Shown here in pieces: positions 25,442-32,000 of a DNA stretch of 32,000 nt. The notes under the pieces are model-generated. The model was not told the origin of the DNA, did no database searches, and was given only the letters and a program-made list of their open reading frames with translations. The position numbers were made by a program, and so were the translations under genes. The first letter of the stretch is position 1; each line of letters opens with the position of its first letter. The DNA is from Cupriavidus necator (GTDB taxonomy: Bacteria; Pseudomonadota; Gammaproteobacteria; Burkholderiales; Burkholderiaceae): assembly GCF_016127575.1 (NCBI RefSeq), contig NZ_CP066019.1:1440001-1472000 (forward strand), in the 5' to 3' direction.

Positions 25442-27616
25442 TCACGCGGTGAACGGCAGGCTGCGATGCCGCTTGCCGGTGAGCGCCGCGACGGCGTTGG
25501 CCAGTGCCGGTGCGATCGGCGGCACCGCGGTCTCGCCAATGCCGGTCGGCGGGTCGGCCGATGGCACGATGTGCACCGCGATCTGCGGCGGCGTGTCCGC
25601 ATGCGTCGCCACTCGGTAGTCGTTCCAGTTGCCTTGCTGGACCACGCCATCCTTCAGCGTGATCTGGGCTCCGGGCAGCGTGGTGCCCAGCCCCATCATC
25701 ATGCCGCCCTGGACCTGCGCCTCGACCGTGCGCGGATTGATCGGCATATTGCAGTGGACGGCCGCGGTGACCCGGTGCACCACCGGCTGGTTGCCGCGCA
25801 TCGAGGCCTCGACGATGTAGGCCACCACGGTGTCGAACGATTCATGCACCGCCACGCCCCAGGCACGCCCGGCCGAGAGACGCCGCTTGCCGTAGCCCGA
25901 GCGCTCGACCGCCAGGTCCAGCGCCGCCAGGTGACGCTTGTGCTCACGCAGCAGCGTGCGGCGGTAGGCCACCGGATCGATCCCGCCGGCGCGCGCCAGT
26001 TCATCGACCAGAGTCTCCATCACGTAGGCCGTGTGCGTGTGCCCCACCGAGCGCCACCACAGCACCGGCACATTGACCTTGGGGTGATGGATCTCGAGCG
26101 CGATCGGGAACGGATAAGGACTGTCGCTCACGCCCTCGACCATGGTCGAGTCGACCCCGTTCTTCACGGTGAAGGACTCGAACGGCGTGCCGCTGGTGAT
26201 GGACTGGCCGACGATCACGTGCTTCCAGGCCAGCACCTTGCCCTTGCCATCGTGGCCGATGTCAACGCGGTGCAGGTGCATCGGGCGGTAGTAGCCGCCG
26301 CGCACGTCGTCTTCGCGCGTCCAGATCATCTTGATCGGCTCGCGCCGGCCGGCCGCGTAGCGCGCCTTGGCCACCTGCGCGGCCTCGAACAGGTAGTCGG
26401 ACGTGGGCACGGCACGCCGGCCGAAGCCGCCGCCGGCCATCATGGTGTTGAATGTCACCTGTTCCGGCTTCAGGCCGAGCACGGCTGCGACGTTGGCCTG
26501 GTCGACGGTCTGGAACTGCGAGCCGGCCCACACCGTGCATTGGTTGCCGCGGAAGTCGATGGTGCAGTTGAGCGGCTCCATCGGCGTGTGCGCCAGGTAG
26601 GGGAAGACATACTCGGCGGTGAGCTTGTGTGGCGCGGTGGCAAGCGCCGAAGTGTCCGCCGCCTTGGCCTGCACGCCGGGCCTGGCCGCCAGCTCGCGAT
26701 AGCGCGCCAGCAGCGCATCGCTATCCGGCTTCTCGACGCCGCTGCTGTCCCATTCCACCTGCAGCACCTCGCGCGCCGTGCGCGCGGGCCAGAAGCCATT
26801 GGCCACGATCGCCAACCCGGTCGCGCCGCCGGCCAGCGGCACCTGGTAGACCTCTTCCACGCCGGCGATGGCCCTGGCACGCGCCGGGTCGAAGCGCGCG
26901 ACCCTGGCGCCGAACACCGGCGGATGCACCATGACCACGGTACGCGTGCCGGGCAGCGCCGTGTCGATGCCGAACTGCTGCCTGCCGGTGGACTTGTCGC
27001 GCGCATCGAGCCGGCCGGTGGGCTTGCCGATCAGCCTGAACTGCTGCGGCGACTTCAGCTGCACGCTTGCTGGCACCGGCTCGGCCAAGGCCGCGGCGGC
27101 CAGCTCGCCGTACGTGGCCCGGCGGCCGTCGGGCGCGGTCACCACGCCGGCCTCGGCCTTCAGCTGCCCGGCCGGGACCCCGAAGCGCCTGGCGGCCGCC
27201 CCGAGCAGCATGGCGCGCATGCGCGCGCCGACCTCGCGATACTGGGTCCACGAGTTCTTCATGCTGGTCGAGCCGCCGACCATCTGGATATGGAACACCG
27301 GATCCTTATAGGCCTCGCCGGCCGGGGCCAGCTGGCAGCGCACCGTGCTCCAGTCCGCGTCCAGTTCCTCGGCCACCAGCATCGGCAGTGCCGTCTGCAC
27401 GCCCTGCCCGAACTCAAGCTTGCCGATCGTGACCATCACGGTGCCGTCGGCATCGATACTGATGAAGGCCGATGGCTGCACTGGCGCCTTGGGCTGCGCG
27501 GCCGCCTCCGTCTGCGCGCCAAGCGGAACGGCACAGAGCGCGAAGCCCGAGCCGAAGCTCAGTTTCAGGAAGGTCCGCCGGTCGATGCCGCCGCTTGCCT
27601 GCTGCATGAGTCTCAT
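25442..27616 (-). CDS. Molybdopterin-dependent oxidoreductase large subunit (IorB / aldehyde-oxidase-like) with a Tat signal.
   Basis: 724 aa. The N-terminus [36 protein letters not shown] carries a twin-arginine motif. Xanthine-dehydrogenase-family blocks run throughout (GGGFGRR, IEFGQGV-like [13 protein letters not shown]). GAGGAGA lies upstream of the ATG at 27616. Confidence 0.9.
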   Translation of the reverse strand: MRLMQQASGGIDRRTFLKLSFGSGFALCAVPLGAQTEAAAQPKAPVQPSAFISIDADGTVMVTIGKLEFGQGVQTALPMLVAEELDADWSTVRCQLAPAGEAYKDPVFHIQMVGGSTSMKNSWTQYREVGARMRAMLLGAAARRFGVPAGQLKAEAGVVTAPDGRRATYGELAAAALAEPVPASVQLKSPQQFRLIGKPTGRLDARDKSTGRQQFGIDTALPGTRTVVMVHPPVFGARVARFDPARARAIAGVEEVYQVPLAGGATGLAIVANGFWPARTAREVLQVEWDSSGVEKPDSDALLARYRELAARPGVQAKAADTSALATAPHKLTAEYVFPYLAHTPMEPLNCTIDFRGNQCTVWAGSQFQTVDQANVAAVLGLKPEQVTFNTMMAGGGFGRRAVPTSDYLFEAAQVAKARYAAGRREPIKMIWTREDDVRGGYYRPMHLHRVDIGHDGKGKVLAWKHVIVGQSITSGTPFESFTVKNGVDSTMVEGVSDSPYPFPIALEIHHPKVNVPVLWWRSVGHTHTAYVMETLVDELARAGGIDPVAYRRTLLREHKRHLAALDLAVERSGYGKRRLSAGRAWGVAVHESFDTVVAYIVEASMRGNQPVVHRVTAAVHCNMPINPRTVEAQVQGGMMMGLGTTLPGAQITLKDGVVQQGNWNDYRVATHADTPPQIAVHIVPSADPPTGIGETAVPPIAPALANAVAALTGKRHRSLPFTA

Positions 27617-27625
27617 GGCATCTCC

Positions 27626-28084
27626 TCAGCCGATAGCCTTGGCTGCATCCTTGACCGCGGCATGGATGCGCGCGTAGGTGCCACAGCGGCACAGGTTGGC
27701 GCTCATGGCCTGTTCGATGTCGGCATCGGTCGGGCGCCGGTTGACCCTGAGCAGCGCCACCGCCGACATGACCTGGCCGCTCTGACAATAGCCGCACTGC
27801 GTGACGTCGTTGCGCACCCAGGCCTCTTCGACCGCGCGCCCCACCGGGTCCTCGCCGATGCCCTCGATCGTGGTGAGCTGCCGGCCGGCGATGGAAGACA
27901 CCGGTGTCACGCACGCGCGGCGCTGCTGGCCATCGACATGTACCGTGCACGCGCCGCACACGGCGATGCCGCAGCCGAACTTGGTGCCGGTCAGGCCCAG
28001 CGTGTCGCGCAGCACCCACAGCACCGGCGTGTCGCCGGGCACGTCAACCTGCTGGGTCTTGCCGTTCAGTTGAAAGGAAATCAT
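27626..28084 (-). CDS. (2Fe-2S)-binding small subunit (IorA-like).
   Basis: 152 aa from MISFQLNGK.... Two 2Fe-2S motifs are present: [12 protein letters not shown] and QCGYCQSG...CRCGTY. Its start overlaps the upstream stop (ATGA at 28081-28084). Confidence 0.92.
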   Translation of the reverse strand: MISFQLNGKTQQVDVPGDTPVLWVLRDTLGLTGTKFGCGIAVCGACTVHVDGQQRRACVTPVSSIAGRQLTTIEGIGEDPVGRAVEEAWVRNDVTQCGYCQSGQVMSAVALLRVNRRPTDADIEQAMSANLCRCGTYARIHAAVKDAAKAIG

Positions 28085-28851
28085 GGCTGGCTCCCGTTGC
28101 TGGTGCCTTTCGTCTGGGTCAAGGCGCCTGATCCGGCGATAGCGCGCAGGTTCTTCAGCAAGGCTTCGTCGGCGGCGGCGCGTGTAGGGCCGGCAGAGGT
28201 GCGCAACGGCTCGCGCGTATCGCACGGCGCGCCGTTGCGTATCCACTGGCGCACCTGCTCGTCGAACGCGGGCTTGTCCAGCGGCGGCAATTCACGCCCC
28301 GGCCCCGGTTGCCAGCCCCAAGCCACCAGGTGGTCGGTCACCATGTGTTCTTCGAGCATCGCCAGCGAACGGCCGCCATTGGTCCTGGTGTCCCGGAAGA
28401 CCTTGCATAGCGCCGGCCCGGACAGGCCCAGCCATGACATCTTCATCTTCGCCGGCGGCATGTGCCAGCCCGGCTGGCCATTGGTATCCAGCCCGGGCGG
28501 CGCATGCGCGAGCGGGCTGTTCTGGGTGCCATGGCACGTGGCGCATTGCAGCGGCGGCACGCCCTTGCCGTCGGTGCCTCGCTGCACCGGTGGAAAATGC
28601 ACCCGTTTCGCATCGCCCTGCAGCGGGCCGTCCGGCACGTGGCAATTCAGGCAGCGGGCATGCAGCAGCACACGCTCGATCTGCGCGAAGGCCTGCAGCC
28701 CCGCATTGCGGTCCGGCGTGGCCGACACCTGCGTGGGCTGGAAGGATCCGCCGGGCCCGGCAGCGAAGGCAAGCACCGGAAGCGTCAGGACCGACCCCGC
28801 CAAGAGCTGGCGAATGGCGGCGACGAGGGGGTTGCGGGCGTCATGCTTCAT
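28081..28851 (-). CDS. Secreted protein with two CxxCH haem-binding motifs (c-type cytochrome-like), the first gene of the oxidoreductase operon.
   Basis: 256 aa. It has the signal peptide [32 protein letters not shown] and the motifs CLNCH and CATCH. GGAGGAGG lies upstream of the ATG at 28851. Confidence 0.8.
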   Translation of the reverse strand: MKHDARNPLVAAIRQLLAGSVLTLPVLAFAAGPGGSFQPTQVSATPDRNAGLQAFAQIERVLLHARCLNCHVPDGPLQGDAKRVHFPPVQRGTDGKGVPPLQCATCHGTQNSPLAHAPPGLDTNGQPGWHMPPAKMKMSWLGLSGPALCKVFRDTRTNGGRSLAMLEEHMVTDHLVAWGWQPGPGRELPPLDKPAFDEQVRQWIRNGAPCDTREPLRTSAGPTRAAADEALLKNLRAIAGSGALTQTKGTSNGSQP

Positions 28852-29082
28852 GGAGCCTCCTCCTTCACCGTCGTCGGCGTGCTAGATCGTTGTAGTGCCT
28901 GATGCGATCCCTGGCAAGACGAAACGGCAGCAGAGGCCCCAGGCGCCCGGATCGGCAAGCAGCACTTTTGCGGGATGGTCACCAGCGCTGCAATGTCGCG
29001 ATGAAGTTCTATGATGCAGAATCATGCAGACGAAGCGCACTGCCGATCGAAGGCATGGCGCGCTCCGATCAAACGGCCTGTG

Positions 29083-29994
29083 ATGCATATGGACCAAGAT
29101 TCGCGACAAGACGCCTCTGATGGATCGGTGATGTTCGCGGACGTCTGCGACAGCACCAGGCTCTACGAGCAGGCCGGCGATGCGGCGGCGCTTGGCGCAA
29201 TCCGCCAGTGCCTGGCGCTGATGAAGTCCCACTCCGCGGCCGCGCAAGGCCGGGTGGTCAAGACCATCGGTGACGAAATCATGGTGCTGTTTCCCACCGC
29301 GGAGAATGCGATGCGGGCGGCACTGGACATGCAGGAGGCCGTCGCCGGGCTGCCGCCGATCATCGGCGCTCCGCTGGCGATCCATATCGGCTTTCACCAT
29401 GGCCCGATCCTGTCGGATGAATCCGGCGACCTGTTCGGCGACACCGTCAACCTCGCCGCCCGACTGGCCAGCCTGGCGTCGCGGGGCCAGATCATCACCA
29501 GCAAGAACGCGGTGGAGCAGCTCTCAGCAGGGCTGCGCCAGATGACACGCTACCTGTATCCGATACAGGTGCGCGGCAAGCACCAGGTGATCGAGCTGTA
29601 CGAAGCGATCTGGCAGCAGAGCATCGACCTGACCCTGGTGGCCCCGGTGGATCTTGCATTGGCCCGCTCGGCACTGCTTTCGCTGCGGTATCGGGAAACC
29701 GTCTTCGAAATGAACACCGCCTCGCCGCCTGTCACCATCGGCCGGGACACGACCATGAGCATTGTCGTCACGGACCGGCAGGTTTCGAGATTCCAGGCGA
29801 CGGTGGAGCCGCGCGGCGGCCGCTTTGTCCTGATCGACAGAAGCTCGAACGGCACCCATGTGAAGATCGATGGCGAAAGCGCGCTCATCCTGCGCCGTGA
29901 CGAAATCACGCTCAGGGGTCATGGCTGGATTACCTTTGCCCAGCCGAAAGAATGCATCGACGAAGGTATCGAGTTCTTTGTCGACGAGAAGTAA
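29083..29994 (+). CDS. Class III adenylate/guanylate cyclase domain fused to a C-terminal FHA domain.
   Basis: The cyclase motifs are FADVCDST, VKTIGDEIMVLF and GDTVNLAARL. The FHA pattern is VTIGRDTTMSIVVTDRQVSRFQATVEPRGGRFVLIDRSSNGTHV. The start is uncertain (in-frame ATGs at 29011, 29083 and 29089, none with an SD). Confidence 0.85.
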   Translation: MHMDQDSRQDASDGSVMFADVCDSTRLYEQAGDAAALGAIRQCLALMKSHSAAAQGRVVKTIGDEIMVLFPTAENAMRAALDMQEAVAGLPPIIGAPLAIHIGFHHGPILSDESGDLFGDTVNLAARLASLASRGQIITSKNAVEQLSAGLRQMTRYLYPIQVRGKHQVIELYEAIWQQSIDLTLVAPVDLALARSALLSLRYRETVFEMNTASPPVTIGRDTTMSIVVTDRQVSRFQATVEPRGGRFVLIDRSSNGTHVKIDGESALILRRDEITLRGHGWITFAQPKECIDEGIEFFVDEK

Positions 29995-30060
29995 TGCTGG
30001 CAGGAAGGAAGCCGCGCGGCCGCAACCCATAGGAGCAGGCCGCGGCCCGCGCGTGGCTGC

Positions 30061-30258
30061 TTACCCTCCCAGTTCCTGGAAGGCGTGCCCGTTGGCTTCC
30101 AGACCCTTCAACATGCCAGGTGGCAGTGCGCTCTCCGGAACCGTCCCTTCAAGTTGCCACTCCTTTGCGTCGGCGAGGTCCTGAAGTCGTTCCCCCTTGC
30201 GCACATAGAGACCCAGCGTCGGCTTCAGCAGATTGATGTAAAAGTCGTACTCCTGCAT
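30061..30258 (-). CDS. Hypothetical 65-aa protein downstream of the Clp-like gene.
   Basis: ATG at 30258 is preceded by GGGAGG (30266-30271, 7-nt spacer). It starts 44 nt after the Clp-like stop on the same strand. The sequence is MQEYDFYINLLKPTLGLYVRKGERLQDLADAKEWQLEG... and I recognise no domain. Confidence 0.6.
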   Translation of the reverse strand: MQEYDFYINLLKPTLGLYVRKGERLQDLADAKEWQLEGTVPESALPPGMLKGLEANGHAFQELGG

Positions 30259-30302
30259 TTGCGAACCTCCCACGAAAGTCGTGATTGCCCTGGCTCTTGC
30301 GC

Positions 30303-32000
30303 TCAAGCGCCGGAGTCTCCTGCTGCGACGGTGCTGTCCGCCTTCCTGGGTGCAGCGCCCTTGGCGGCAGCTTTGCCTGCCTTCGGCTTCTTGACGGCTT
30401 CCATCTTCCTGAAGACCACGGCTTCGCTTGCCTTGTCGTAGCCAAGCTCGACGCTGTCGCCTGATTTCAGCTTGTCGCCGAGGATCTCCTTGGCCAGGCC
30501 GGTCTCGACCGATTGGCGGATCTGGCGCCGCAGTTCCCGCGCACCAAACTCAGGCTGGTAGCCCACCTCGACCAGGTGATCGACCAGCTCATCATCGAGC
30601 TTGACCGTGATGTCCTGCGCGGCGGCGGTGCGCACCACACGCTCCAGCTGGATCTGCACGATCGCGCGGATGTTCTCGCGCGACAGCGCATGGAACACGA
30701 TGATGTCGTCGATTCGGTTCAGGAACTCGGGCCGGAAGTGTCCCTTCAGCACCTTCATCAGCGCCTCGCGCAAGTCCTTCTCAGGCATGCGCTTGTCCTC
30801 GGGCTGCTCCAGGTTGTCCATGATGATCGGCGCGCCCAGGTTGCTGGTGGCGATGATGACGGTATTGCTGAAGTCCACCACGCGGCCCTTGCCGTCGGTC
30901 AAGCGGCCGTCGTCGAAGACCTGCAGCAGTACGTTGTTCACGTCCGGGTGGGCCTTCTCGATCTCATCCAGCAGGATCACGCTATAGGGCTTGCGCCGCA
31001 CGCGCTCGGTCAGCTGCCCGCCTTCGTCATAGCCGACATAGCCCGGCGGCGCACCGATCAGCCGGGCCACCGCATGGCGCTCCATGTACTCGGACATGTC
31101 GATGCGGATGATGGCCTGCTCGTCGCCGAACACGGTTTCCGCCAGGGCCTTGGCCAGCTCGGTCTTGCCAACGCCGGTCGGCCCGAGGAAGAGGAAGGTC
31201 GCGATCGGGCGGTTAGCCTGCCCCAGGCCTGCGCGCGACAGGCGCACCGCATCGCTGACCGCGACCACCGCGTCGTCCTGCCCCACCACCCGCTCGCGCA
31301 GCCGCGCTTCCATTTTCAGCAGCTTCTGGCGCTCTTCCTGGGTAAGGTCGGTCACCGGGATGCCGGTCAGGCGCGACACCACTTCGGCAATGGCCGCAAC
31401 CGTCACCTCCAGGGTCTCCGACCCCGTCTTGCGCTGCCACGCCTCGGTCAACTCGTCAAGCCGCTTCTGCTTGTCGTTGATGCGGTCCTCGAAGCCCTTG
31501 GCCTCGTCAAAGCGCTTGCGCGACGACGCATAGTCCTGCTCGCGCTTGAGCTGGGCGATCTCGGCCTCCAGTTCCTGGATATCCGCGGGGCGTGAGGTGG
31601 CGCCGATGCGCACGCGCGCCGCGGCCTGGTCGATCAGGTCGATGGCCTTGTCCGGCAGGAAGCGCGCGGTGATGTAGCGGTCCGACAGTTCCGCCGCGGC
31701 CACAAAGGCGTCGTCGGCGAAGGTGACCTGGTGGTGCGCCTCAAGCTTGTCGCGCAGGCCGCGCAGGATGACGATGGTCTGCTCGACGGTCGGCTCCGGC
31801 ACCAGCACCGGCTGGAAGCGCCGTTCCAGCGCCGCGTCTTTCTCGATGTACTTCTGGTATTCGTTCAGCGTGGTGGCGCCGATCAGGCTCAGTTCGCCGC
31901 GCGCCAGCGCCGGCTTGAGCACGTTGGCGATATCGAGCCCGCCCTCGCCGCCGCCCTGCCCCGCGCCGACGATGGTGTGCAGTTCGTCGATAAACAGGAT
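30303..32000 (-). CDS. Clp/Hsp100 AAA+ ATPase of the ClpC/ClpG (ClpK)-like type. This is the C-terminal ~565 aa, and the start lies beyond the right edge.
   Basis: The frame is open to base 32000 ([14 protein letters not shown] = AAA1 Walker B). It has a short UVR-like middle domain ([41 protein letters not shown]). AAA2 has Walker [10 protein letters not shown] and Walker [11 protein letters not shown]. It aligns closely by eye with B. subtilis ClpC. Confidence 0.9.
   Translation of the reverse strand: MLFIDELHTIVGAGQGGGEGGLDIANVLKPALARGELSLIGATTLNEYQKYIEKDAALERRFQPVLVPEPTVEQTIVILRGLRDKLEAHHQVTFADDAFVAAAELSDRYITARFLPDKAIDLIDQAAARVRIGATSRPADIQELEAEIAQLKREQDYASSRKRFDEAKGFEDRINDKQKRLDELTEAWQRKTGSETLEVTVAAIAEVVSRLTGIPVTDLTQEERQKLLKMEARLRERVVGQDDAVVAVSDAVRLSRAGLGQANRPIATFLFLGPTGVGKTELAKALAETVFGDEQAIIRIDMSEYMERHAVARLIGAPPGYVGYDEGGQLTERVRRKPYSVILLDEIEKAHPDVNNVLLQVFDDGRLTDGKGRVVDFSNTVIIATSNLGAPIIMDNLEQPEDKRMPEKDLREALMKVLKGHFRPEFLNRIDDIIVFHALSRENIRAIVQIQLERVVRTAAAQDITVKLDDELVDHLVEVGYQPEFGARELRRQIRQSVETGLAKEILGDKLKSGDSVELGYDKASEAVVFRKMEAVKKPKAGKAAAKGAAPRKADSTVAAGDSGA

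Noticed and set aside
25322-28885. A 1187-aa ORF on the + strand spanning the whole oxidoreductase operon.
   Set aside because: It is antisense to three well-supported genes. Its composition is dominated by Arg/Ala/Gly/His/Pro, with no recognisable motif and no SD. Long stop-free antisense frames are expected in GC3-rich genes.
29083-29994. The idea that the cyclase is a Pycsar/CBASS-type antiphage cyclase.
   Set aside because: There is no adjacent effector gene (cNMP-binding TM or TIR protein). An FHA fusion points to Ser/Thr-phosphorylation signalling rather than a defence operon. This cannot be excluded without searches.
1-32000. A search for CRISPR arrays, tandem repeats, tRNA/rRNA genes and IS elements or integrases.
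   Set aside because: I saw no regularly spaced repeats, no cloverleaf-like conserved tRNA segments in the intergenic gaps (all 636 bp or shorter), and no transposase- or integrase-like translations in the ORF track.

Overview
This is a high-GC, GC3-dominated proteobacterial segment. It looks like a Burkholderiales genome of the Cupriavidus/Ralstonia type, based on a Bug-family receptor gene and CTCTCCCC/GGGGAGAG REP hairpins, but that is inference only. The window is densely coding and I support 29 CDSs. In order: (1) the 3' end of a Tc-toxin-A-like gene with unusual cysteine-rich additions, followed by an orphan small ORF; (2) yjcH-actP; (3) the upper phenylacetate pathway, paaK, paaN and paaEDCBA, with a divergent paaX; (4) ACC deaminase acdS with its divergent Lrp-type regulator acdR; (5) an orphan acyl-CoA cluster of two acyl-CoA dehydrogenases, two CoA-transferases of different families, a thiolase, a Bug receptor and an AMP-ligase; (6) a LysR and a short AraC regulator; (7) a 636-bp non-coding stretch with REP-like hairpins and palindromes; (8) a periplasmic cytochrome c / 2Fe-2S / molybdopterin oxidoreductase operon (IorAB-like); (9) a class III nucleotidyl cyclase fused to an FHA domain; (10) a 65-aa ORF and a ClpC/ClpG-like AAA+ gene that runs off the right edge. 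I recognised no rRNA, tRNA, CRISPR array, transposase or integrase. The many long ORFs opposite the called genes are typical high-GC antisense artefacts. Novelty cannot be established without database searches. The best candidates for a second look are the Cys-rich TcA-like tail with its orphan ORF, the ClpG-like gene with the 65-aa ORF and the cyclase-FHA neighbourhood, and the orphan CoA cluster with a terminator-like leader in front of its ligase gene.
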